NCBI GenBank assembly: GCA_963716745.1
Contig: OY970320.1
Location: 1,888,001-1,952,000 of the forward strand
Source: an uncultured Gemmatimonadaceae bacterium
GTDB taxonomy: Bacteria > Gemmatimonadota > Gemmatimonadetes > Gemmatimonadales > Gemmatimonadaceae
Length of the DNA: 64,000 nt
Direction of reading: 5' to 3'
Shown here: positions 1 through 10,705 of the stretch, piece after piece
Position numbering within the stretch: position 1 is the stretch's first letter
How the letters are laid out: every line of letters begins with the position of its first letter
Notes under the pieces: generated by a model
Told to the model about the DNA's origin: nothing
The model's input: the letters and a program-made list of their open reading frames with translations, nothing else
Database searches by the model: none
Translations under genes and position numbers: made by a program

Positions 1-210
1 TTCAACCAGATTGGTGAGAATATGCAACATAATTTGGCATATTTTCGTCGCCTGCTGATTAATTCTTGCATGATTGGAACAAAAAGTAGCAGTTTCGCCG
101 TTGCCGGGAATTGGCGCACGGTTCGTGCATTACAGCACTCCGCCCGGGGGCCACTCGGGCGAGGTTCGCTGTCCCAGGCAGCCGCTTCTCGAAGGGTTAT
201 TGGAGATGCC

Positions 211-796
211 ATGACGCGATCGAGCGATTCACCGAAGCGTGCCGGGTTCACCCTGATCGAGCTGATGATCGTCATCACGATGCTCAGCATTCTGCTCGGC
301 ATCGCGGTGTGGAAGGTGGACGTCGCGCGGTATCAGATCAACGGAGACCAACAGGTCGTCGGCACCGCGTTCATTTCCGCGCAGCGCCAGGCGATCGCCA
401 AGCAATACAACGTCATCGTCGTGTTCGATGATGTGAACAACACTCTGCGTATCATCGAAGACGCCAACAACAATGGTCAGCTGGATGGCGCAGAGCATGT
501 GCGAACGATCCCGTTGGGGGATCGGGTACGGTATGGGATCGGGTCTGCCAGCCCCCTCGCGTGGGGTGCGAGCCCGATCAGCTTCACGCAGACGGAGGGC
601 TCCACCGGCAAACTGGCGGTGACCTTCTTCCGGAACGGCAGCGCGAGTGAATCACGGGGCATTTATCTCGCCTCCACTCGCGCCCTGGTCGATCCGGCGT
701 TCGTGCAGAGATGTGCGCGCCATCCACGTCGAGCGGGCCACGGGCCGCGCGGAGTGGTGGCATTACGATGGTTCCACTTGGATCCGAGGCTTCTGA
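211..796 (+). CDS. Type IV minor pilin / pseudopilin, FimT/GspH-like (one frameshift near 705)
   Basis: Prepilin motif AG|FTLIELMIVITMLSILLGIA. A shifted frame continues DVRAIHVERATGRAEWWHYDGSTWIRGF* to a TGA overlapping the next ATG. Confidence 0.8.
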
Positions 797-1214
797 TGCG
801 CCTGACTGCTTCCCGCCGCGGGTTCTCGCTCGCCGAGATCATGGTCGCGCTGGTCATTCTGAGCGTGATCGTGATGGGGCTCGCGAGCACGACGATCACG
901 TTCATGCATGAGACCACGGTGGACTACAGCCGGGTGCGTGCATCGACGTCGGCCGATACGCGGATCGCCGAGATCCGCGGCTGGCCCGACTACACCGCCA
1001 TCTCCGACTTTTGCCGGCGTGCAGGCGAACTATCCGGAACCGGGCTGGACGCGCACGACTACGGTGGTCGCGCGATACCTCGGTCACGACCGGCTGCGGC
1101 TTTCCGACGTTCCCGGCATGCCCGAACAACGATATCACTCACGTGACGGTCACCGTCACCTCGCCGACGTTGTCGGCGCCGGTGAGCCGGTCGATCTCCA
1201 TCGCTGCGTTCTGA
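796..1214 (+). CDS. Type IV minor pilin, PilV-like (frameshift near 1010)
   Basis: RG|FSLAEIMVALVILSVIVMG prepilin motif. The C-terminus lies in ORF 1011..1214 (THVTVTVTSP..SRSISIAAF). Confidence 0.75.
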
Positions 1215-1225
1215 GGCTGACTCCT

Positions 1226-2378
1226 ATGCGCAACCGCCGTGCGATGTCGCTGCTCGAGCTGCTCATCGCGATCGTGATCATGGGTGTCGTGATGGGCGCG
1301 GCCATGAACTTCTTCATCGGCCAGTCCAAGTCGTTCCGCCGCGGCGCGAGTGATGTGACGCTGCTGCAGAATCTTCGCTTCGGCGCCGACTTGCTGAACC
1401 AGCACTTCCGTTCCGTGGGCGCGAACACGATCGCTGGCCAACCACCGGTCATCTACGCCGACGCGAATTCGTTCTCGTTCAACGCCGATTACGCGACCAA
1501 CACGCCGGGCGATCACAACGCCATCTACTATACGCCGAACGCACCGGCCTCCGAGGTCGATGCCATCACGGCAGGCAATCAGATCACGGTGCCGGGCGGC
1601 AGTTCGCTCGTGTACCCGACGTTCGACTATAAGATCGATTCCGTGATCATGAGTCCCGCCGAGATGATCACCTTCTGGTTCGCGCCTGACACCGAGACCG
1701 CGCGCACCGATGATTACGTGCTTTTCCGCCAGGTGAACAATTCGCCGCCGGAAGCCGTGGTCCGCAACATCCTCCAGGATACGGTGCCGTTCTTCCAGTA
1801 CATGTACCTGAAGGATTCCGCGAACCTCAAGAGCATCGACACCGTGAAGTCCGGTTCGCTGCCGTTCGAGTTCGATTTCACGTCCGACACCATCAAGACT
1901 CGGCTCATCACCAATCTGCGCGCCGTGATCGTGAGCTATATCGTCACGAACGGGCTCACCGGGCCCGACGGAGCGCACGCGTCCGATGTCGTTGATCGCG
2001 CCATTCCCGAACATGGATGACCGGCAGCTGGAGACGTGCGGTAATGACCCGGTCGCGATGTCGGCTCCGACGATCTCCACGTCGGACAGTCTCTCGGTGA
2101 GTGTCACGTGGACCGCCGATGGCGATGAGGCCTCGGGCGAGCGCGACATCATGAACTATCTGCTGTGGCGCCGGCGCGTCGGTGACTCGACGTGGGGTGC
2201 GCCATTCATATCGATCCCCGCCGGCAGCCCGCCGACCTACAACTTCCTCGATTCGTCGGTGCCCCAGGATACGGTCGATGTGAACTGGGAGTATGCTGTA
2301 GCCGCGCAGGACTGCACGCCGGCGTATTCGGATGCCGTCAAGACCGCTGGTACTGTCGTGATCAAGGCCGCCCCATGA
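1226..2378 (+). CDS. Type IV minor pilin, PilW-like, with a beta-rich (FN3-like) C-terminal domain (frameshift near 1975)
   Basis: RA|MSLLELLIAIVIMG prepilin motif. Continues in ORF 1986..2378 (VSVTW...YLLWRR...YNFLD...WEYAVAA). Confidence 0.7.
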
Positions 2379-2419
2379 AGAAGACCACGTCGCAGAACAC
2401 GTCCTCGGAGGTACGACCC

Positions 2420-4432
2420 ATGAAGAAAGCGCGCACCACGACCAAGCGTCGCGGCGCCGCGTTGATGGCGGTGCTGCTGGTGATGCTGGCCGTCATGGCC
2501 ATCATCGTCGTCGCATCGACCACCACGCTGAACGCCCGGTTGATCGCCAAGAACAGCGAGCGATCCGTCGTGCTCTACGATGCCGCCGAAGCGGCCGTCG
2601 AGGAGATCCGCAACCTGGTCAATACGCACCCGGGTGACAGCACCTTCTTCCAGGACAGCGGCGAAGTGCAGCTCGAGACGCACGTCCCGGTGAAGGACGC
2701 GAGCGGCACGATCATCCCGCACGTGTATCGCACCACCTGGGCAGGCCCGAGCTTCAGCACCACGGGCGAGTTCGGGATCTTCGGAACGGTCATCGCCAAG
2801 GTCGAGGATGACTACGGCAACGTCGTCTATCACCGCGGCACGATCTTCCAGGACACCTTCGCGAAGTACGCCTACTTCTCCAACAGCGAAGGCGGCATCT
2901 TCTTCGGCGGCGGCGACCAGATCTTCGGCCCCGTCCATTCGAACGACTTCATCAGCATCGCCGCGTCGGGCGCCGAGTTCCACGACAAGGTGACGACGGC
3001 CAAGACGATCGTGAACAAGCCGAACGGCATCTTCGACAAGGGTGTCACGCAGAAGGTGCCGGTGATCAAGATGCCGTCCACCACGCTGCTCACCCAGCTC
3101 AAGGGTCTGGCGACGGTGGGCAGCACATCGATCCTCGGCGACAATGTCGGCGGCGCAGGGCGAGGCGACGACCCGCATCGAGTTCATCGCGCTCGACCTC
3201 AATCAGGATGGCGACTCGAGCGACGATGATGAAGGCTTCATGCGCGTCTGGCAGGCGGACGCGCCCTCGACCGCGTGCGAAGGCGCAGTATGCGGTCGCC
3301 GCGAACACGGGGCCCGTGAATGCTGCGGGCGTGGTGACTGGAGCGACGCGCGCGAATACAACTGTGGTGCGGAAGTTCAGCGCCAGCAACACCTTCGAGA
3401 CCGTCAGCCAGGCGCCGACCTTGGCGCAGCGTCGCGCCCTCTTCAACAAGTTCCCCGGTCGCGGCCAGTGCTATCTGGGCGGCGATCCGATGCTGAATAC
3501 GGCCGGCAACCAGATGGGCGTGTTCATGCCGAATTCAGTTCACCTTCAAGCGGGCGTGGGTGAAATCGCCTATGGCGATCGATCCGCGTCTTGGGACCGC
3601 CGGCCTAAATCGCAAGGACAGCGCGTACCTCTGGCCGCTGAGCCACACGCTCAATCCGAACTTCAAGGGCGTGATCTTCGTGGACGGCAAGGTCGCGATC
3701 AGCGGCAAGGTGCGCGGCCGGTTCACGCTCGCGTCGCCGTACGATATCGTCATCGCCGACGACGTCACGCTGCAGGACAACGCCGCCAGCGATTGTGCCG
3801 ACTACCTCGGCCTCTTCTCGGGCGCGAACGTCGTGATGGCGGACAATCTGCTCAACTCGCCGCAAATGCTCGGGTCGGCTCCCGACTCGGTCATGCACTT
3901 GTCGTCGACCCAGGATGAGATCGTGCAAGCGACGATTCTCGCGCTCGGCGGCTTCGTCGTCGAGAACTACAGCTCCGGCGTGGCGCAGGGAGAATCCTGC
4001 GGCGCCGACTCGGCCGGTCGTGGATGCCTCTTCCTCACCGGCGGCATCATTCAGGGAACGCGCGGTTCGGTGGGCACTCTGAACGCCGGCCAGACCCAGG
4101 GCGTGTACGGCTACATCAAGCGGTACGCGTTCAACGTGTGCGGACTCACTTTCCCGCCGCCGTATTTCCCGACGACGGGCCGGTTCACTGCGAACCGTAC
4201 GTACGAGATGGATCCGGTGAACGCCGACATCCACCCGTACTACAAGATCCCGAAGCCGGTGTCGCTCGTGGCGCTGTACAAGAAGCCGCCACCGCCGCCG
4301 CCGGCTCCGCCGGGGCCGCCGCCTAAGCCAGCTCCACCGCCGCCGCCTCCGGTGCCGAAGCCGCCACCGCCGCCGCCGCTGCCGAAGCCGCCACCGCCGC
4401 CACCGCCGCCGCCGCCGCTTCCGAAGATCTAG
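2420..4432 (+). CDS. Large PilX-like minor pilin with a polyproline C-terminal tail (about 3 frameshifts)
   Basis: RG|AALMAVLLVML PilX-type N-terminus without Glu5, AAEA motif, GGAGG RBS. Assembled from ORFs 2192..3229, 3144..3563, 3208..3918 and 3560..4432. Confidence 0.7.
4284..4427 (+). repeat. Low-complexity (CCG/CCA)n repeat encoding K-P(n) polyproline blocks
   Basis: Translates as KPPPPPPAPPGPPPKPAPPPPPPVPKPPPPPPLPKPPPPPPPPPPLPK. Confidence 0.9.
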
Positions 4433-4453
4433 AGCGGAAGGCTGCATGAAAAG

Positions 4454-4492
4454 AAAGAGCCCGGGTGCGAAACTGCACCCGGGCTCTTTTCA
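4454..4492. terminator. Bidirectional intrinsic terminator
   Basis: aaagagcccgggtgc-gaaact-gcacccgggctcttt, flanked by A and T runs, between convergent genes. Confidence 0.85.
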
Positions 4493-4507
4493 TTGCGACC
4501 TGTGCGA

Positions 4508-5008
4508 CTACTGGACCGTGATCGTTCCCTTCATGCCGAGCGCGAGATGCGGGAAGCAATGGAATGCATACGTGCCGGGGGGAATGTTGGCGAAGGAGAC
4601 CGTGTACGTCTCGTTCGGCTGGATCAGGAGCGGTCCCTCGAGCGCGCCCATGCTGTGATCGCCCGGCATGTTCGCCGCGAGCGCGGTCTGAACGTTCGCG
4701 GGGATCGTCGTGGCGTCGAAGCCGACGTTGTGCGGGCCGCCGCTCACGTTGTGGAAGCGGATCGCGTCGCCGGCCTTCACGGTGATCGTGTTGGGGACGA
4801 AGTGATACGTGGTGCCGTCCATCTGCATGTTGACGTCGACCGTCTTGCCGGTCACCGGCGCGGGCGCCGAGGCCGGCGCAGCTGCAGGGGCGGCCGCGGG
4901 TGCGGCGGCCGGAACAGTGCTGTCAGACTTCGCAGCGCTCTTATCCGAACCGGCGCAGGCGCCGATCGCGAACACAGTCGCGATGAGTGCGAGGCTGTTC
5001 AACTTCAT
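4508..5008 (-). CDS. Plastocyanin/azurin-family blue copper lipoprotein
   Basis: Lipobox IGAC, Ala/Pro linker, type-1 copper ligands GPHNV and CFPHLALGM. Confidence 0.9.
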   Translation of the reverse strand: MKLNSLALIATVFAIGACAGSDKSAAKSDSTVPAAAPAAAPAAAPASAPAPVTGKTVDVNMQMDGTTYHFVPNTITVKAGDAIRFHNVSGGPHNVGFDATTIPANVQTALAANMPGDHSMGALEGPLLIQPNETYTVSFANIPPGTYAFHCFPHLALGMKGTITVQ

Positions 5009-5316
5009 TGCGTGGATTCTCCAGGATGGAGTGCGGGATTGACGCATTCTTCCGCGGTCGGCCGCGGAATTTGTGAACCTATTCACATGGTGCGACAAAG
5101 ACAATCGCGCGAGAGTCGAGAGCGCGTGGTACGACCCCGTGGAGATCTCGCCGTGCTCACTAACTTCGGTCGTCGCGTCACCCTCAAGGTCCAGAGTCAC
5201 TCGCCTCATAAACTATATTACAACTGTATTTACTGTTTTTATTGTATTTTCACCTGCTTCTCACTATACTATCCGAGTCACCCAGACTCACGGCCACCTC
5301 AGCCAACGAGATAAGT

Positions 5317-5986
5317 CTGTCGATTCCCAGCTGGTTGCAGCGCTCTCTCGGAACCACCCGCACGACGATCCTCTCGGAACTGCAGCGCGAGCCGATGACG
5401 GTCGAGCAGCTCGCGCGCATTCTCGCGATCGCGCCGAGCGCTGTGCGAACTCACCTCGCGCTCCTCGAGCGCGACGGCATTCATCGAACGGCTCACGGTC
5501 CACCGCGCTTCACCCGGCAAGCCAGCACACGCGTATCGGATCGCGGAATCCGCCAGCGTCTTCCTCTCGAGTGCCTACGCACCGGTGGCGCTGCATCTGC
5601 TCGAAGCGCTCCAGGAGAAACTCCCTTCGCACGAGATCTCCGGCATGCTCCGCAGCGCGGGGCGCCGTCTCGCTTTCCGCCACCGCACGAACAGTGTGCG
5701 TTTACGCGCACGCGTCGCCGATGCCGCCGCCGCACTCACACAGCTCGGCGGCGCCGCGCGGATCGCCGAACAGCCGGGAGCCTATGTACTCACGAGTGAG
5801 GGTTGCCCGCTCGCGGCGCTCACTGGCGATCACCTCGCCGCATGCGGCATTCTCGAAGCGTTCGTCGGCGAGATCGTCGCGGCGCCGGTGCGGCATCGTT
5901 GCGCGCACGGTGATCGCGCGCGATGCATCTTCGAGATCGCGAGCGAGCACGCCGCACCCGACGCCAGCGGACACTCCGGCGAATGA
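5317..5986 (+). CDS. ArsR/SufR-like winged-HTH regulator with a Cys-containing sensor domain (frameshifted near 5480-5580; start uncertain)
   Basis: HTH MTVEQLARILAIAPSAVRTHLALLERDG. C-terminus GCPL...ACGILE...RC...RCIFEI. Confidence 0.7.
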
Positions 5987-6687
5987 TCGTCATCCCTGCG
6001 CTCGACCTGCGGGCCGGCGCCTGCACCCAAGCATCGACGCTGCCGCTCGCCGCCGAGATCCGGTCAGACGACCCGATCGACGCCGCACATGTGTGGCAGC
6101 GACATGGATTCCATCGAATCCACGTGATGGATCTCGATAGCCCGGAATCGCACAACGGACGAAAGGAGATCGTGCGGGAGCTTCTCGCCGAGGTGCCGCT
6201 GGTGACACAGGTCGGGGGCGGTGTGAACAGCGGGGACCAGGTCGAGCAGCTCCTCGCCAACGGTGCGGCGTTCGTGATCCTGGGTGGGCGGGCGCTCACC
6301 GATCCCGATTGGCTCGCGGGGACCGCCGCGACTTTTCCGGATCGGCTCATCCTCGCGACGCGCGTGAGCGGGCGTTACATCGACGCCGGGGAGCGCCGCG
6401 CGGGTCAGACGGTGCTGGATCTTGCGGATGAGATCGGCGACTTGCCGCTCGCCGGCCTGTTGCTGGCGCCGGAGTTCCGGGGCGACCGCATCACGCACGA
6501 CGATCTCTTCCTGCTCGACGACCTCGCCGTGGCCTCCCACCACCCGATCCTGCTCGCCGGCGGCGTACGATCCCTCCAGGACCTTCGGGCCATGCAGGAG
6601 CGGCACGTCTCGGGCGTGATCGTCGGCCGCGCGTTGTACTCTGGAGCCCTGGATGCGCGTCTCGTAGCAGAGGAGTTCGGCGACTGA
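5983..6687 (+). CDS. HisA/HisF-family TIM-barrel protein (divergent HisA)
   Basis: IPALDL, HVMDLD, QVGGGV, LAGGV and VGRALY motifs. Some catalytic positions are altered. Confidence 0.75.
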   Translation: MIVIPALDLRAGACTQASTLPLAAEIRSDDPIDAAHVWQRHGFHRIHVMDLDSPESHNGRKEIVRELLAEVPLVTQVGGGVNSGDQVEQLLANGAAFVILGGRALTDPDWLAGTAATFPDRLILATRVSGRYIDAGERRAGQTVLDLADEIGDLPLAGLLLAPEFRGDRITHDDLFLLDDLAVASHHPILLAGGVRSLQDLRAMQERHVSGVIVGRALYSGALDARLVAEEFGD

Positions 6688-6732
6688 TGGCCTGTGCATT
6701 GCGCCTGCTCCGTCCCATCATTCAGCACCACT

Positions 6733-7422
6733 ATGCTTGACCTCTCGGGCCTCGATTTCGACAAGAACGGCGGCGTCGTCACGGTCGTGACGCAGGACGC
6801 GGCCAGCGGCATGGTGCTCATGGTCGCGCAGCTCGACCGCGAGGCCCTGCAACGCACGCTCTCGACCGGCGAAATGCATTATTTCTCCGAGGCGCGCGGC
6901 GCGTGGCACAAGGGGACGAGCAACGGCAACACGCAACGGGTGGTCTCGCTCGCGGCCGACTGTGATGGCGATGTCCTGCTCGCCCGCGTCGTCCCCAAGG
7001 GGCCCGCCTGTCATACCGGCTCGCTCTCCTGCTTCGTAGGCCCGGAAGGGATGAGCGACGCGCTCTCGGCGCTCGATGCCAGCATCGCCGGGCGCGCCGC
7101 GAACGCCGAGGTCGACCGCTTCGACGCCGCCGCAACGACCGCGTTGCCGGAGAGCTATACCGAGCAGCTGCTCGAGGACCGCAACCTTCGGCTGCGCAAG
7201 CTCGGCGAGGAAGCGCGCGAACTCATCTCCGCGTGCGCCGACGGCGATCTTCCGCGGGCCACCGAAGAAGTCGCCGACCTCTTGTACCACGCACTCGTCG
7301 CGCTCCGCGCCGCCGGTGGGTCGCTGTCCGACGTGCAGCGAGTCCTGGCGAGACGAGCGACTCCCGCGGTCGCGGCGCGGCCCATCAAACGCGAACCGTC
7401 GATCAAGGATCGCAAGAAGTGA
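6733..7422 (+). CDS. hisIE: Bifunctional phosphoribosyl-AMP cyclohydrolase / phosphoribosyl-ATP pyrophosphatase
   Basis: DCDGD and GPACHTGSLSCF (HisI). SYT...KLGEE...EVADLLYH (HisE). Confidence 0.9.
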   Translation: MLDLSGLDFDKNGGVVTVVTQDAASGMVLMVAQLDREALQRTLSTGEMHYFSEARGAWHKGTSNGNTQRVVSLAADCDGDVLLARVVPKGPACHTGSLSCFVGPEGMSDALSALDASIAGRAANAEVDRFDAAATTALPESYTEQLLEDRNLRLRKLGEEARELISACADGDLPRATEEVADLLYHALVALRAAGGSLSDVQRVLARRATPAVAARPIKREPSIKDRKK

Positions 7423-8342
7423 CCGGCCTCGCGGCGCGACTCGACCCACGGCGCCTGCGCCACCAAGAGTCGCTCGCACCGTACACGACGTTTCGTATCG
7501 GTGGACCCGCCGACCTCTTCTACGAAGCGACCACCGCCGATGATCTCGCGTCGGCGGTGGTCGCGGCGCGGGAGACCGGAATGCCCTATTTCGTTCTCGG
7601 GCTCGGCGCGAACATCCTCGTCGGCGATCGTGGTTTCCGCGGACTGGTCATCCGCAATGCTGCCGCCGCGATCCAGTGGAAGCCCGACGGACGCGTCATC
7701 GCCGAAAGTGGCGCGATCATGCGCGACCTGATCCTCGGTGCCGTGGAACGCGGATGGTCGGGGCTCGAACACTTCGTGGGGATCCCCAGCACCGTGGGCG
7801 GCGCGATCTGGCAGAATCTGCATTTCCTGTCGCCGGCGCCCGAGCGTGGACGCACGGTGTTCATCGAAGAAGTGTTCGCCTCGTGCGACATCCTGAGCGC
7901 GGAAGGCGCGCGGCGCACGGTCGATAAGGAGTATGTGAAGTTCGGCTACGATGACAGCGTCTTCCATCACCGCGACGACATCGTGCTGCGCGCCGAGTTC
8001 GCGCTCGAACGCGGTGATCCCGCGATCATGCATCGCGTGCTCCAGGAGAACCTGGCGTGGCGCGGCGCGCGGCATCCGTGGCTCGATTGGCATCCGAGCG
8101 CGGGCTCCATCTTCAAGAAGATCGATGGCGCCGGCGCCGGCCGGCTCGTCGATCAGTGCGGACTGAAAGGACGCCGGGTCGGGGATGCGCAGATCTCGCA
8201 TCTGCATGCGAACATCATCGTGAACCTTGGCCATGCCACCGCGCGCGACGTGCGCGAGTTGATCGGCATCGCACAGGAGGCCGTGCGAGCGCGGTTCGCG
8301 CTCGAGCTCACGCCGGAGATAAAATTCGTGGGAGAATTCTGA
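7419..8342 (+). CDS. murB: UDP-N-acetylenolpyruvoylglucosamine reductase
   Basis: YTTFRIGGPA, GIPSTVGGA, SAGSIFK, HANIIVN and LTPEI motifs. GTG start overlaps the hisIE stop. Confidence 0.92.
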   Translation: MTGLAARLDPRRLRHQESLAPYTTFRIGGPADLFYEATTADDLASAVVAARETGMPYFVLGLGANILVGDRGFRGLVIRNAAAAIQWKPDGRVIAESGAIMRDLILGAVERGWSGLEHFVGIPSTVGGAIWQNLHFLSPAPERGRTVFIEEVFASCDILSAEGARRTVDKEYVKFGYDDSVFHHRDDIVLRAEFALERGDPAIMHRVLQENLAWRGARHPWLDWHPSAGSIFKKIDGAGAGRLVDQCGLKGRRVGDAQISHLHANIIVNLGHATARDVRELIGIAQEAVRARFALELTPEIKFVGEF

Positions 8343-8352
8343 ACCTCGCCAC

Positions 8353-8703
8353 TCAGCGCGCGTCCACCCAGCGCTGCCACTCCTCCTCTGCGAGCCCGAT
8401 GGTGACGCGCTGCTGCTGCCTCACAAGCGGGAGTTTGAGCAGACCCGGCTCTTCGGCGAGCAGTTCCAACCAATGATCGTCCGAATAGCGGGAATGCTGC
8501 AAGCCGAGATCCTGATACCGGCGCGCCTCTTTGTCGATCATCGCCGTCAGGCCGAATTTCTGCGCGAATCGCCGCAGTTCGCCCAGCGCTGCCGCGCGCT
8601 TGTTCAGATCAACATAGTGAGTCTTCACCCGGCGCTCGGCGAAGAACCGGAGTGCTTTGCGAGTATCGGCGCTCTTGTTCACGCCGAAGATCTGGACTTC
8701 CAT
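8353..8703 (-). CDS. ArsC/Spx/YffB-family protein
   Basis: TRKALRFF..., ELRRF, EPGLLKLPLV pattern. Confidence 0.8.
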   Translation of the reverse strand: MEVQIFGVNKSADTRKALRFFAERRVKTHYVDLNKRAAALGELRRFAQKFGLTAMIDKEARRYQDLGLQHSRYSDDHWLELLAEEPGLLKLPLVRQQQRVTIGLAEEEWQRWVDAR

Positions 8704-8753
8704 CCCATGACGCTATCGCCACGGCAACAAAGCGGAAAGTGCCGGAGGGCGGC

Positions 8754-9758
8754 GTGACGAACGGCTTCCGCGCGCCTCTCTGGCTGCGCAACCCTCACGC
8801 GCAGACGCTCTGGGGGAAGTTCGTGCGCCGCACGAGTGTGCCGCCGACGCGCGTTGAGCGCTGGGAGCTTCCCGACGGCGACTTCCTCGATCTGTGTCGC
8901 CTCGATGCGCCTTCCGATCGCCCGCGCCTGCTCTTCCTGCATGGACTCGAGGGCACTCCGCGCTCGCATTATGCGCAAGCGTTCTTCGCGGATGCGCACC
9001 GCCGCGGCTGGGCCGCCGATCTCATGGTGTTCCGCTCGTGCGGCGAGGAGCCCAACCGCCTCCTCCGCTCGTACCACTCCGGCGAGACCGGTGATCTCGA
9101 TCTGGTGGTGAGCCGGCTCGTCGCCGCCGAGCCTCATCGAACATTGATGCTCGCGGGTGTTTCGCTCGGCGGGAATGTGCTGCTCAAGTGGCTTGGTGAG
9201 CGTGGCGCGAACGTGCCGGCACAGGTCGCCGGCGCAGCAGCGATCTCCGCGCCACTCGACCTCGCTCAAGGGAGCAAGTACCTGGAACGAGGTTTCTCAC
9301 GGGTCTACGCCGCGCATTTCCTGAGGACCCTGCGGGCTAAGGCACGCGAGAAGAGCGCGCGTTTCCCGGGCCAGGTTCGCTTGCCTGAGGTGGAGGCCGC
9401 GCGAACGCTGTGGGAATTCGACGATGTCATGACTGCGCCAGTGCACGGCTTTCGTGACGCCGCGGACTATTACGCGCGGTCGAGCTCGATCCGCTTCCTG
9501 CATGCGATCCGTGTGCCGACCCTGATACTGAACGCGGCGGACGACCCGTTCCTGCCCGCCGCGGTGCTCGATGCCGCCCGCACCATCGCACTCGACAATT
9601 CGGCGCTCCGCATCGAGTTTCCTCAACATGGCGGGCACGTGGGATTCGTCGGTGGCACGGTTCCGTGGCGCCTTCGATACTATGCCGAACATAGGGCACT
9701 CGATTTCGTGGAGGCGGCTTTGGCGGCGCGCGTTGATGGAGGCGCGCTCGCGCGGTAG
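8754..9758 (+). CDS. YheT-like alpha/beta hydrolase
   Basis: NPHAQT, HGLEG, GVSLGGN, DDPF and GGHVGF motifs. Confidence 0.9.
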   Translation: MTNGFRAPLWLRNPHAQTLWGKFVRRTSVPPTRVERWELPDGDFLDLCRLDAPSDRPRLLFLHGLEGTPRSHYAQAFFADAHRRGWAADLMVFRSCGEEPNRLLRSYHSGETGDLDLVVSRLVAAEPHRTLMLAGVSLGGNVLLKWLGERGANVPAQVAGAAAISAPLDLAQGSKYLERGFSRVYAAHFLRTLRAKAREKSARFPGQVRLPEVEAARTLWEFDDVMTAPVHGFRDAADYYARSSSIRFLHAIRVPTLILNAADDPFLPAAVLDAARTIALDNSALRIEFPQHGGHVGFVGGTVPWRLRYYAEHRALDFVEAALAARVDGGALAR

Positions 9759-9798
9759 GTTGCCTCGATAACTGTACTACTTCGCAAGGAGCGACATC

Positions 9799-10704
9799 AT
9801 GTTTCGTATCCGGTTCTTCAGTGCCGCATTCCTCGCTATCGCATGCGGCTCACTGGGCGCACAATCCGCGGCAATGCCGGCGGACATGCACCATGATCAC
9901 GCCGTCGCGACCGCGGTGCCCGCCGCTCCGGCGGACAGCATGCTGCCCGCGGACGCGGCTGGCGCTGCCGTGCGGCTCGCGGCATCGCCACGGCATCGCG
10001 AGTATGTGATGATCTCCGTTGGCGGCGCCGATTCGATCGGCGCGTGGATCTTCTATCCGCAGCGCAGCACGAAAGCGCCAGTCGTCGTGGTGGTGCACGA
10101 GATCTTCGGCATGTCCACGTGGGTCCGCGGCGTCGGCGATCAGTTCGCGGCCAATGGGTTCATCGCCATCGCGCCCGACCTCCTCACGGGCAAGAAGATC
10201 CCCGGTGGACCGGACAGCGTCACGGTGGATTCCGCGAGGAAGCTCATCGCGATGCTCAAGCCGGAGGATGTGCAGCGCGATCTGATCGCCGTCGCGACCT
10301 ACGCGATGCACCTTCCCTCGGCGCTGCCCCGCTACGGCATCGTCGGATTCTGCTGGGGCGGCGGCGTCTCGTTCCTCAATGCTGCCGCGTCGCCGAGCGT
10401 GCTCGCCTCGGTCGTGTACTATGGCGTGTCGCCCGACTCTTCATGGATCAAGAAGGTGCACGCGCCGGTGCTCGGCCTGTATGGTGGTATGGACAACCGC
10501 ATCACTTCAATGGTCCCCGCGACGGACAGCACACTGAAGGCGCTTGGTCGCACGTACCAGCCGACCATTTTCGCCGGCGCGGGTCACGGGTTCCTGCGCG
10601 ATCAGATGGGCATGAACGGGGCGAACATGGCGGCGGCGCAGACCGCGTGGCCGGCGACGATCGCGTGGTTCCGAAAGTACCTCGAGCTGCCTGCGTCGAA
10701 ATAG
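9799..10704 (+). CDS. Secreted dienelactone hydrolase-family protein
   Basis: Signal peptide, HEIFG, GFCWGG, AGHGF. Confidence 0.9.
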   Translation: MFRIRFFSAAFLAIACGSLGAQSAAMPADMHHDHAVATAVPAAPADSMLPADAAGAAVRLAASPRHREYVMISVGGADSIGAWIFYPQRSTKAPVVVVVHEIFGMSTWVRGVGDQFAANGFIAIAPDLLTGKKIPGGPDSVTVDSARKLIAMLKPEDVQRDLIAVATYAMHLPSALPRYGIVGFCWGGGVSFLNAAASPSVLASVVYYGVSPDSSWIKKVHAPVLGLYGGMDNRITSMVPATDSTLKALGRTYQPTIFAGAGHGFLRDQMGMNGANMAAAQTAWPATIAWFRKYLELPASK

Positions 10705-10705
10705 C

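Noticed and set aside
112..129. Sigma54 promoter TGGCGCACGGTTCGTGCA before the minor-pilin cluster
   Set aside because: The GG-GC spacing is 12, not 10. It would fit only if a 2-nt insertion error is assumed.
22..1146. Apparent fusion of two pilins in one 374-aa ORF
   Set aside because: A frameshift near 705 bypasses the true stop at 794-796.
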